Source of the DNA: an uncultured delta proteobacterium | Lineage (GTDB): Bacteria; Desulfobacterota; RBG-13-43-22 | Direction of reading: 5' to 3' | Assembly: GCA_963711835.1 (NCBI GenBank) | Contig: CAVQFQ010000019.1 | Span: 1 to 64,000, forward strand | DNA length: 64,000 nt | In this document: positions 1-9,005 of the stretch, piece by piece | How the letters are laid out: every line of letters starts with the position of its first letter | Position numbering within the stretch: the stretch's first letter is position 1 | Made by a program: the position numbers and the translations under genes | Notes under the pieces: generated by a model | What the model was told of the DNA's origin: nothing | Databases searched by the model: none | What the model saw: the letters and a program-made list of their open reading frames with translations, nothing else

Positions 1-23
1 ATGGCCTGAGCGGTCTGTTGGAC
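1..23 (-). other. Possible start of an integron attC-like site, cut by the window edge
   Basis: On the minus strand, 7 nt after the stop of the 31..1582 gene: GTCCAAC (fits RYYYAAC) then AGACCGCTCAGGCCAT, resembling the R''/L'' region of attC. The partner half lies outside the window. Confidence 0.25.
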
Positions 24-30
24 AACTCTT

Positions 31-1582
31 TTAATTGCGGATGATCAGCGGCAGGTAGAGCCGCGGTACGGGTAGGATCGCGCCGTACTCGAACGCGCCG
101 ATGTCGCAGAGCATGGAATATGCCCGCCACCCGCGCCGCACCACGCTGGTCTTTGGCAAGCAGAAGGCCGTCAGGGCCAATACACCCTCGCACCTGATCT
201 CCGCCGTCAATGGCGTTGCTGTCTGGCAGGAGCGCGTGCGTCCACGTCGGGCCGCCATTGTTCTGCAAGGGACCTAAGCCGCCGGTAAAGTAACCCGAAA
301 GAGAATAGACGTGGGTGTTGACCGTGCAGCCAGTAAAATCCGAGAACAGGTTAACCCCATACGAGTCGATGGTGCCCGTGCAGTCATTATAGATGTCATA
401 ATGGTACTGAGTGTTTACGCCACCAGCGTGTTGCGCAGGTTGACGATCCCATAGAGTCCATATTGCGCAATTGCGCGTCCACGTACACGCCTCCCCCACT
501 GCCGCCGTTGGCATCGTGGTCGTCATCCGCGCCGTTGAAGCGATCGTCGAGTTGTATACGTCGGTGGTGCCAGAGAAAGTGTAGATGCCACCCCCGTCGG
601 TCATTGCCTTGTTTCCGCTGATCGTGCTATTGACAATCGTGACTGAGCCATCCGACTTGATCAATGCCGCCACCGTAGTTGGAACTGTTGTTGCTAATCG
701 TGCTGCTGGTCACAAACAAGTTTCCATAGGCGTTAAGAATCCCGCCTCCGTGTCCAGAGGCACCCAACCCTGCGGCTCCGTCTGTGACCGTGTTGTTCTG
801 GCTGATAGTGCTATTTATCACTGTCAAGGTGCCAACGTAGTCAATGCCGACGCCATCGTTATCAATGCCGCCGCCATACCTATGTCCCATGTTCTGGCTG
901 ATCGTGCTATTCGTCACTGTTAAGGTGCCAACGTTGTCAATGCCGCCCCCGTAGTCGGCCATGTTCTGGCTGATCGTGCTATTCGTCGCTGTCAAGGTGC
1001 CACGGTTGTAAATGCCGCCCCCGTTGTCGGAGTAATTACCGGAGATCGCGGCATTGCTCACGGTGAGCAAACCTTCGTTGTAGATTCCACCGCCGTAACC
1101 ATAGGCTCCCGTAGCGTACCCATTGCGAATGGTTACACCCGAGATAGCTGCCAAACGGTTGGGATGCACATGGAGCACACGTTGGAACACACTGTCGAGT
1201 TTGCCCCCGTCGATGATGGTCGTGCTGGCGCCTGCGCCAATGATGGTGATAAATGGAGTGCCGATGGCTGGCGTCGTCAGGTTCAGGTCGCCATTTTCCT
1301 CGCTGTCTGGCCCCGCCTCCGGGATAGTCAGCTTATAGATGCCGGACGGCAGAATGATCGTTGCGCCTTCCACGACTCTATTCGCCTGCATCACCGCAGC
1401 GCGCAAGGTGCACGTGTTGGCGGCTGTGTGGCAAGTGCCGATCATGGTCAGGATCATTCGGTAGATCGTCGGTGCTGTTGACGGTAAAGGTAACGGCGAA
1501 CGCTTGGGGAACCACCAGCAGTGCGAACACCAAGCAGTGCTACGGTCACGAACACGGTGGGATAGAAGGTATTTTTCAACAT
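31..1582 (-). pseudogene. CSLREA-domain / beta-helix repeat surface protein with choice-of-anchor-Q-like C-terminus, multiply frameshifted
   Basis: AGGAG RBS and ATG at 1582, signal peptide, TVNSTDD..CTLRAAVMQAN (CSLREA-like), repeated GGGIYN/GGGIDN..TLTVTNSTISQN units (ORF 627..1457), C-terminal CDIGAFEYG..RLYLPLIIRN (ORF 31..258). Several frame changes are needed to join the pieces. Confidence 0.75.
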
Positions 1583-1729
1583 GCGCTTCTCCTGTCTATT
1601 TCCATTTCAGTCTGACCAAGTACCTTTTGCGTTGCAAAAGAAGCCTAAGCAGTTGTGGATATATGTCTTCTGCAACATGTTAGCCGTCCGTTGCGAGTAT
1701 TCTTCAAAAAATTGAACCATCCCATTTAC

Positions 1730-2104
1730 CTACTTTTTCAATTCGATCACGATATTATGTTGATCAACAGTTCCCATGTTCTCCACGGCGTGCGTCAGCG
1801 GGCCACTCCACGACACCTCTCCAGCTTTACGGTCTTTCTCAACGGTTTTACCATCAGGCGTGGTGACCTTCTGCCTCGTATCGTTTAAAAAAACTACCAC
1901 AAAAGCCGGATGCGAATGCATCGGCTCTTTCGCGCCGGGTTTGTGGAGGACGTCAAGCACGCGTACTCGATCATTGTCAACTATCACTTTGGCATCGTTC
2001 GGCATCAGTATCGCCAGGTCTTGCGCCAGAGCCGTTTTTGTGGCCAAGCCCAATGCCAAAGTGGCTAACAAAACGCTCATAATAAACCAGGTTAAGTGTT
2101 TCAT
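1730..2104 (-). CDS. Secreted cupin-fold protein
   Basis: Signal peptide ending ALA; DNDRVRVLDV..PGAKEPMHSHP..HAVENMG cupin motifs; GGGAG RBS. Confidence 0.75.
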   Translation of the reverse strand: MKHLTWFIMSVLLATLALGLATKTALAQDLAILMPNDAKVIVDNDRVRVLDVLHKPGAKEPMHSHPAFVVVFLNDTRQKVTTPDGKTVEKDRKAGEVSWSGPLTHAVENMGTVDQHNIVIELKK

Positions 2105-2681
2105 GATTAATTCTCCCTTTTTTAGTTTGTTTAATTCAAGTGGCAGTGAACAAAACTCGAAATGAAATGGGACAATTCTATTTGTGAATCATTTAAGCCC
2201 ACGCACCTCCTCCCAGGCAACGGACGCTATCTCGTCTTGTTAACAAAGACTTCTTCAACCACCCTTATCCTTCCCATCTCACTCTTCCCGTGCACGCATC
2301 CTCCTCCTTTCTGGGAGCATTGGGATCTCTGATTGAATTGGTAAAAAGAAAAGGGACCCTTCCTGTCAGACCCCATGGGAAGCTGTGCCTGCCGAACGTA
2401 CTATGCGCTCAAAGCTCTATGGATTTGAGGTGGGTTCGCTTCTGCCGGGATAGTACCACAATGTGGTATGTTTTAAATTAAGTCGAATATTTGTCTACGT
2501 CAACAGGAAAGTGAGGTTGTGAAAAGTATCTTTTGTGGGGTGCAGATCCGAGATGTTAAGGGTGAATTGCGCTTGAGGCGAAGTCCTGCAGGAGCTTAAA
2601 TCTCCCACCACCTTATTAACAATTATCATTAGAAAACTGGCATTGTTAGCCAAAATTCAAAACCAATGGTACATTTCAAAG

Positions 2682-2965
2682 GGGACATAGTTACTGAATG
2701 AACTTAACAAAATGAGAGAAAAACGATAAAGGCATATTCCAGGCAAGCTCGACCGAATACTCCCGTTACTTTACACCTTAGGCCGAAAATCCTGAGTTCC
2801 CCTGTCCGAGTCTGGTTTTGTTGGTTGCCTGTTGATCGGAAGTGTGTTTCGGTTGCAGAGGTTGCCCGATTTTTCAGGGTGACTCCTCGGTAGTATGCGC
2901 TTCTTGTTCATGGATTCCAGGAACCAATTCAAAAAGAAAATAAGTTCATTCAGCATCTACCTCCC
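2682..2965 (+). mobile_element. Non-autonomous element A, copy 1 (internally deleted RAYT/Y1-transposase derivative with inverted ends)
   Basis: Left end GGGACATAGTTACTGAATGAACTTA and right end TAAGTTCATTCAGCATCTACCTCCC (21/25 complementary). Interior reads RQARPNTPVTLH..VRVWFCWLPV..AEVARFFRVT. Homologous to 3961, 6266 and 7730. Confidence 0.75.
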
Positions 2966-2978
2966 GGTCCACATTTTA

Positions 2979-3834
2979 TTAGGTGCCATAGTTATAGACC
3001 CCTTTCCCGGTTTTTCGCCCTAACCGGCCGGCCTTCACCAGTTTGACCAGCAGGGGTGCGGGCCGGTATTTGTCGCCCAGTTCCCGGTGGAGGGTATTCA
3101 TACAGTCCAGAAGGATGTCCAGGCCGAAGGCATCGGCTGCCGCCAGGGGCCCGAGGGGGAATCCCAAACCCTTTTTGCAGCAGCGGTCAATATCGGCGGC
3201 ATCGGCCAATGAGGTTTCCAGGGCAAAAAAGGCCTCATTGACCATGGGAAGATAGATCCGGTTGATGACAAATCCCGGGGAATCAGCCACGGTCACCGTT
3301 TCTTTTCCGCACTTCTCGAGAAAGCCGATCACCGCCTCATGAATCCGATCCGATGTATCGAGCCCCCGGACTACTTCCACCAGGGGGGTCAGGGCGGCAG
3401 GGATCAGGAAATGGGTCCCGATGCAGCGGTCGGGTCTTCGGGTCCCCGCGGCCAGCTCTGAGATGGAGAGAGTCGAGGTATTGCTGGCCAGGATCGTCTT
3501 GGGCGGGCATCTCCTGTCCGCCTCTTTGAAGATTTCCATTTTTATCCCAATGTCTTCGTAGACCGCTTCAATTACCAGATCGACGTCTTCAAAAACCTCC
3601 TTCGGGTTCATGGTAGCTTGAATGGCACCAAGCACTCGGTCCCGTGCTTTCAGGTCCATCTTTTGTTTTTTGACTTCATTATCCAAGAAGGAGGCAATGG
3701 ACGCTTTCCCTTTGGTCAATCGGTCTTCCGAGATATCCAAGACCTTTGTTTTAAACCCCCCTTTTGCACAAACAACGGCGATCTGGCTTCCCATGGTTCC
3801 CAGGCCAACAACGGCGAGCTTTTTCGATTTCCAT
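2979..3834 (-). CDS. 3-hydroxyacyl-CoA (3-hydroxybutyryl-CoA-like) dehydrogenase, 1-nt frameshift near the 5' end
   Basis: [16 protein letters not shown] Rossmann motif, [41 protein letters not shown]. The ATG at 3834 is out of frame with ORF 2979..3794 by one base. Confidence 0.85.
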
Positions 3835-3960
3835 GATCTTTCCCTTCTCGAATTTATTGTTTTGTTTCAACTTTTGGCTTTGAGTACGTTTATTGTATTT
3901 TTACCATGCTTTATTATTTGTAGCAATTCCAAAGCACTTTGAGCCACGGCTCTTGATTAA

Positions 3961-4240
3961 GGGGACGTAGTTACTGAATGAACTTGACAAAAAGAGGGAT
4001 ATACGATAAAGGCATATCTCAGGCAAGTTCGACCGGATACTTCCGGTACTTTAAACCTTGGGTCGAAAATCTTGAGTTCCCCTGCCCGGGTCTGGTTTTG
4101 TTGGTTACCTGTTGATCGGAAGGGTCTTGCGTTGCAGAGGTGGCCCGATTTCTCAGGGTGACTCAGCGGTAGTGTGCGCTTCTTGTTCATGGATTATAGG
4201 AACCAATTCAAAAGAAAATGCGTTCATTTAGTAACTACGT
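3961..4240 (+). mobile_element. Non-autonomous element A, copy 2
   Basis: GGGGACGTAGTTACTGAATGAAC ... GTTCATTTAGTAACTACGT inverted ends; interior colinear with copies 1 and 4. Confidence 0.75.
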
Positions 4241-4306
4241 ATTGGCGATAAGCGCTGTGCAAGTGACCGGTTAGGGTGATCGGTCCCTTGCAAGGAAAAG
4301 CAAGCG

Positions 4307-4936
4307 ATGAAGGTATCCGTAAATTATTTCTACGCCGTTCTGGGTTGGGTTCTGTGGTGTGCCCTGCATAGTACCTTGATCTCCACAACCATAACGGACT
4401 ATGTGAAAAATAGGCTTGGGGACGGTTTCCGGTTTTACCGCCTATTTTACAATGCCGTTTCCCTGGTGACGCTGATCCCCCTCGTGACCTATTCCCACGT
4501 TATCCGGCAGACCCCGGTCTTCCGCTGGGAGGGTCCCCTGATGATCGTTCAAGTCCTCTTGCTGGCGGCCTCCATCTATCTGTTCGTTGCCGGTGGTAAG
4601 CATTACAGTTGGGCGCAGTTTTTGGGGATTGCTCAAATCAGGACGCGGCAGGCAGACGGCTCCCTTTCAAAAGGAGATTCATTCGTTGTCTCGGGGATTC
4701 ACCGGATTATCCGCCATCCGTGGTATTTGGGCGGCATCCTGATCGTATGGGCGCAGGACCTGAGCGTATCGACTATCCTGATCAACATGGTCATCAGCCT
4801 CTATTTCATGATCGGGACCATTCTGGAGGAACGGAAGCTGGTGCGCGAGTTCGGCGATAAATACCGGGAATACCAGGGGACCGTTTCTATGCTTCTCCCC
4901 TGGCGATGGCTGAGAGCCAGGATCACCGGCGGTTGA
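4307..4936 (+). CDS. Membrane methyltransferase, ICMT/MddA/nurim-like family
   Basis: Hydrophobic; HSTL, RFYRLFYN, GIHRIIRHPWYLG and EERKLVREFGDKYREYQ motifs. Confidence 0.75.
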   Translation: MKVSVNYFYAVLGWVLWCALHSTLISTTITDYVKNRLGDGFRFYRLFYNAVSLVTLIPLVTYSHVIRQTPVFRWEGPLMIVQVLLLAASIYLFVAGGKHYSWAQFLGIAQIRTRQADGSLSKGDSFVVSGIHRIIRHPWYLGGILIVWAQDLSVSTILINMVISLYFMIGTILEERKLVREFGDKYREYQGTVSMLLPWRWLRARITGG

Positions 4937-4972
4937 ACAAAGGAAAACAAGAGGGTGTCCCCTGGCGGATCT

Positions 4973-5012
4973 TGCCCTTAACAAAAAATAATCTGTCCTG
5001 TTTTTCATTACT
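4973..5012 (+). repeat. ~40-bp intergenic direct repeat, copy 1 (copy 2 at 6391..6431)
   Basis: TGCCCTTAACAAAAAATAATCTGTCCTGTTTTTCATTACT vs TGCCCTTAACAAAAAATAAATCTGTCCCGTTTTCCCTTACT. Confidence 0.8.
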
Positions 5013-5027
5013 CCCTGGAGGAAAGAA

Positions 5028-6173
5028 ATGATTGAGACGAACTATCCATTTACAGAGGAAGAACTTTTACTGAGGAGAAGCGCAAGAGATTTTTGCCGGG
5101 ACAAGATCATCCCTTACCGGGATAAATGGGATGAGGAGGAGAGGTGTCCTGTGGACCTCTTTCCAGAATTGGGCGACCTGGGGTTCTTGGGGGTTTACTG
5201 TCCGCAGGAGGACGGCGGAAGCGGGACCCGGATGGTTACGGCGAGCGTTTTGATGGAGGAGCTCGGGTATGCTGATGCGGGCTTTGGGCAGACTGTATTT
5301 GCCCACATTATTCTCGCCGTGACTCCCCTTTGGAAATGGGGGACCGAAGCGCAAAAGGAAAAATATTTGAGGCCTTCTCTCAAAGGGAGATGGATAGGGG
5401 GACTTGGAATTACAGAACCCAACGTGGGCTCTGATGTGGCCAGCCTGGAAATGCGGGCCAGGAAAACGGATGGGGGTTACCTGCTCAACGGAACCAAGAT
5501 GTTTACTACAAACGGAACTGTGGCGGACTATATCATTGTAGCGGCAAGCCTTGACAAGCAAAAGGCAAGGAAAGGTATTGCCCTCTTCATCGTGGACAAG
5601 GGGACCCCGGGGTTCAGTGCCAAGCCTCTCAAGAAGATGGGGATCCGCTCCTCCGATACGGCTGAGGTGGTCCTGGAAGATTGCGAAATTCCTGGTGGCC
5701 AACTTCTCGGGGCGGAGGAGGAAGGATTTTATGGGGTCATGAAGGCCTTTTCAGGGGAAAGAATCCTTGCCGGTAGTCTCATTATGGGTACGGCCCGAGC
5801 GGCCTTTGATGAGGCCCTCGATTATGCCAAAAAGAGGGAGCAATTCGGACAACCCATCGGGCGGTATCAGACGATCAAACATACCCTCGCGGATATGCAT
5901 AAGGACATTGAGGTGGGACTTGCCATTACCTATCAGACGGCGGCGCTCATGGATGCCGGTCGTGACTGCAGGATTGAAAGTGCCGTGAGTAAGCTCTTCA
6001 CCTCTGAAGTCGTAAGCCGGGTCTGTTATAAGGCCGTTCAGATCCACGGCGGGTACGGCATGATGAGTGAATTTCCGGTGAATAGATTTTTCCGGGACTC
6101 CCGTCAGTTTGAGATTGGAGCCGGGACATCTGAAATCATGAGGGAAATCATTGGTCGTTCCTTCGATATATGA
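5028..6173 (+). CDS. Acyl-CoA dehydrogenase
   Basis: GITEPNVGSD, LNGTKMFTTNG, KMGIRSSDT, REQFGQPI, QIHGGYG and IGAGTSEI motifs; GGAGG RBS. Confidence 0.95.
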   Translation: MIETNYPFTEEELLLRRSARDFCRDKIIPYRDKWDEEERCPVDLFPELGDLGFLGVYCPQEDGGSGTRMVTASVLMEELGYADAGFGQTVFAHIILAVTPLWKWGTEAQKEKYLRPSLKGRWIGGLGITEPNVGSDVASLEMRARKTDGGYLLNGTKMFTTNGTVADYIIVAASLDKQKARKGIALFIVDKGTPGFSAKPLKKMGIRSSDTAEVVLEDCEIPGGQLLGAEEEGFYGVMKAFSGERILAGSLIMGTARAAFDEALDYAKKREQFGQPIGRYQTIKHTLADMHKDIEVGLAITYQTAALMDAGRDCRIESAVSKLFTSEVVSRVCYKAVQIHGGYGMMSEFPVNRFFRDSRQFEIGAGTSEIMREIIGRSFDI

Positions 6174-6265
6174 AGGCAGGCCGAAAGAAGAAAGTTCTCG
6201 GCCGCTCAAATAACGTGTTTGATGTATGGAGTAGGGGACGTAGCCAACTTATTCAAATAATCGCA

Positions 6266-6388
6266 GGGTGCGTAGATACTGAATGAACTTAACAAAAAAG
6301 ATGAAAAACGATAAAAGGATATAAGCACACCCGGGTACTCCCGAACCTTTACACCCCAGGCGGGAAATCCTTGAGTCCCCGCCCGGGA
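6266..6388 (+). mobile_element. Non-autonomous element A, copy 3 (left half only, diverged)
   Basis: GGGTGCGTAGATACTGAATGAACTTAACAAAA..ACGATAAA..TACTCCCG..TTTACACC..GAAATCCTTGAGTCCCC matches the left half of the other copies. An additional end-like GGGGACGTAGCCAACTT precedes it at 6234. Confidence 0.65.
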
Positions 6389-6390
6389 TG

Positions 6391-6431
6391 TGCCCTTAAC
6401 AAAAAATAAATCTGTCCCGTTTTCCCTTACT
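6391..6431 (+). repeat. ~40-bp intergenic direct repeat, copy 2
   Basis: Near-identical to 4973..5012; overlaps the stop codon of the DUF169 gene. Confidence 0.8.
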
Positions 6432-7233
6432 TCCCCAGCTTGTGAAGTGCTTCGGGATTGAAAATATCCGAGAGGGGCAGTGCCAGTCCCACCTCAGGGG
6501 CATAGCGGAGGTAGGTCGGTATGGGATAACGGATTCCTTTTTCATGGGTTTTCTGGAGCCCCTCCGTCAAATCTTCGAGATGGGAGGCGGGGATGGCCAT
6601 GGCCATTTCATGATCCTGGCAGCCTGCCCAAACCCGGTCCCCATTGCCCGGCACTACCACTTTGGATCTCTGATCGAGGTAGGCGGCAATCACCCCCTCG
6701 GTACAGGAACCGGCTCTGCCGGAAAAACTCCCTTCGATGGCTTTCCCGCTATGATAAGTGGCCCCGTGAATCAGGCGCATCATCTGGGCCGGATTCACAT
6801 AGATCAAAATTACATCGGGTTCCACTCTGGTCCTTTCCAAGGGGGAGTAGACCACCGTCAGGTTATCGCCACCGTTCAGGGTTCGAAAACCTTTCAGCAC
6901 TTCTCGAGCGGCTTCTATGCCGGCCGCATAATTCATCCGGGTCAGGAAGGCAACCGGTCCTTCTTCATGCTCCACACTGTCCCAGCCGTAGGTGTGGGCC
7001 GCGATGGCGCAGCCACTATCTTCCTTGGCGAAGGCCACTGTCCAGCCGTAACGTCGGGCCATAGCCGCCCCCTGGCAGGGGGCCATCCGGACGGAAAGAT
7101 CCCTCAGAGGCCGCCTGGCTGTTGGGGGAATCTCCCCATCTTTCCAGGAAAATTTTATCGCCACAGGAAAGGTGGCCGGATTGATAAAAGTCCTTAACCG
7201 CTCACCCATTTTATGCCAGCGATCCATAATCAT
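6427..7233 (-). CDS. DUF169 family protein
   Basis: TFPVAIKF, CQGAAMARRYGWTV, EPDVILIYVNPAQMMRL, SC, PGNGDR and GIRYPIP motifs. Confidence 0.85.
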   Translation of the reverse strand: MIMDRWHKMGERLRTFINPATFPVAIKFSWKDGEIPPTARRPLRDLSVRMAPCQGAAMARRYGWTVAFAKEDSGCAIAAHTYGWDSVEHEEGPVAFLTRMNYAAGIEAAREVLKGFRTLNGGDNLTVVYSPLERTRVEPDVILIYVNPAQMMRLIHGATYHSGKAIEGSFSGRAGSCTEGVIAAYLDQRSKVVVPGNGDRVWAGCQDHEMAMAIPASHLEDLTEGLQKTHEKGIRYPIPTYLRYAPEVGLALPLSDIFNPEALHKLGK

Positions 7234-7274
7234 AAATCCTTTCTAAGCCTGTTTGGCTTTGTTGAGAAAGAAAA

Positions 7275-7619
7275 TCAGAGTCGGCCGTGAATTTCGTCCA
7301 ACCGCTCTTTGGCGGCGGGGACTCCCTTGAAGATGAAGTATAATTTGGGGCAGGGATATTCGAGGCAGTACCCGCAATTGGCGATCCCTTTGGCCGTGCC
7401 GCAGCCTCTTATTTCGCACACCTTGCAGTGGGAAAACAAAGGCTCTTCTTGGGAAAGGCAGCCTTTGCAGTTGATGTCTTCGGGTTTTATGTCGGCCTTG
7501 AACATCCTGGACCACTGCCGGGCGACTTGCCCCCTTTTTTGATCATCGTTCTCCCGGGTGGCCACAAAGGCCCCGCATTCATGGCAGGCCAGGCCACAAT
7601 AGGCGATGATCGCTTCCAT
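7275..7619 (-). CDS. DUF3795 family Cys-rich protein
   Basis: AAGGAG RBS then MEAIIAYCGLACHEC..CKGC..CEIRGC..NCGYCLEYPC. Confidence 0.8.
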   Translation of the reverse strand: MEAIIAYCGLACHECGAFVATRENDDQKRGQVARQWSRMFKADIKPEDINCKGCLSQEEPLFSHCKVCEIRGCGTAKGIANCGYCLEYPCPKLYFIFKGVPAAKERLDEIHGRL

Positions 7620-7729
7620 ATCACTCTCCTTGAACAACTTTTTTTGATTTACATCCTGATAGTATCGTGCTGGGCAGGTATTTTCAACCTGCATTTCATT
7701 CTGGTTCTTTTCCAGACAAGTCTGTCGAA

Positions 7730-8013
7730 GGGGTAGGTACTGAATAAACTTTGCAAAAAGAAGAAAATACGATAAAAAGGCTCGCCCAGGCAAGCTCGAC
7801 CGAATACTCCCGTTACTTTACACCTTAGGCCGAAAATCCTGAGTTCCCCTGTCCGGATTTGGTTTTGTTGGGTGCCTATTGATCGGAAGGGTCTTTCGGT
7901 CGCAGAGGTGGCCCGATTTCTCAGGGTGACTAATTCAACGGTAGTGTGCTTCTTGTTCATGGAGATTAGGAACCAATTCAAAAGAAAATAAGTTCATTCA
8001 GTAACTTACGCCC
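7730..8013 (+). mobile_element. Non-autonomous element A, copy 4
   Basis: GGGGTAGGTACTGAATAAACT ... AGTTCATTCAGTAACTTACGCCC. Start-less 69-codon frame 7782..7991: SPRQARPNTPVTLHLRPKILSSPVRIWFCWVPIDRKGLSVAEVARFLRVTNSTVVCFLFMEIRNQFKRK*. Confidence 0.75.
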
Positions 8014-8400
8014 GTCCGACTGGTAGTCCTGATCCGCAGCTAACTTCTGCCGTTGCCAGAGGGACTTTCGGGACCCGCTGGCATTCCGGGCGATTACAAT
8101 AGCACTGATTTATTACCCGGGGATTTGGAAGAAAATCGCGGCCACAGTGGGCACAAACAATCCGGTTCATGGTCACCCTCCCGGGAAAACCATAAAGCGG
8201 GCTGAGACTCTCGAAAAAGGAAGAAAATCAAAAAATGACGGATGGTCTGGGAAGAAAAAAGAAGAAAATAGAACCCTGGACGGATTCTACTCCGTTGCCC
8301 CCGGCCTGCTTCCTATTCGAAGAAAATGGTAGGGTTTATGAGCGGTGATGACAACCTCAGCCTGTGCCTCAGTCTGAGGGTTAATTCTATACTGTAATCT

Positions 8401-8901
8401 TTACCTATCTGAGAATTTTCCCCATTCTCTCCATTCCAGACCTGTCTTCTTTTCCCAATCTGACTCGAATGTTTCGGTGAAAAAGCCGTGGAGTTTTTCA
8501 AAAAGCCTTTTCCAGCCGCTCTCGAATTCGTAATTCAGCACATCTTCAAGGAAAGGAACAATTTCGCCAAGTTTTTCTTTGGGAATATAGGCCCTTGCAC
8601 CCATTTCATGCGAGCGTTTCAGAGCTTCAGAGCTTAACGCTCCGGCGGTCAGCATGGCAACCTTCAGACCCTTTTTTATGGCAAATTCGAGAATGCTAAA
8701 ACCGCGCACACCCATAATATCGAGTATGACAACATCATAGTGGGTTGATTCCAGCTTCTTTATGGCATCTTCATAGGTGGTAGCTTCGTCCAATGTACAC
8801 TTCGGACAAGCATGCATTATCTCGTCTGATAAAACTGCCAAAACATCAGGCTCATCATCCACTGCTAAAATCTTCTTTCCGTCTAAAACAGACTCCTTCA
8901 T
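8401..8901 (-). CDS. Single-domain response regulator (receiver)
   Basis: ILAVDDEPD, VILDIMGVRG, MLTA and AYIPK receiver motifs. Confidence 0.9.
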   Translation of the reverse strand: MKESVLDGKKILAVDDEPDVLAVLSDEIMHACPKCTLDEATTYEDAIKKLESTHYDVVILDIMGVRGFSILEFAIKKGLKVAMLTAGALSSEALKRSHEMGARAYIPKEKLGEIVPFLEDVLNYEFESGWKRLFEKLHGFFTETFESDWEKKTGLEWREWGKFSDR

Positions 8902-8942
8902 AACACTTTCCTTTTTTATGTTTCTCGGATTGAAGGGAGGGG

Positions 8943-8970
8943 CCAGGGCTTCTCAACCGAGAAGCCCTGG
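8943..8970 (-). terminator. Hairpin downstream of the TRAP operon
   Basis: CCAGGGCTTCTC-AACC-GAGAAGCCCTGG, perfect 12-bp stem. Confidence 0.55.
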
Positions 8971-9005
8971 TGTTTTCTTAACCTCTAATTTCTGACTGTC
9001 TGTCG

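Noticed and set aside
2771-7981. Three similar minus-strand ORFs (2771..2956, 3957..4190, 7649..7981; MNKKR..) as a small paralogous protein family
   Set aside because: They are antisense shadows of element A. Lengths and frames are not conserved, while the plus strand carries the transposase-like remnants.
2682-8013. Element A copies as a CRISPR array or attC sites
   Set aside because: Units are ~280 bp, diverged and separated by whole genes. There are no cas genes and no RYYYAAC/GTTRRRY boxes at the ends.
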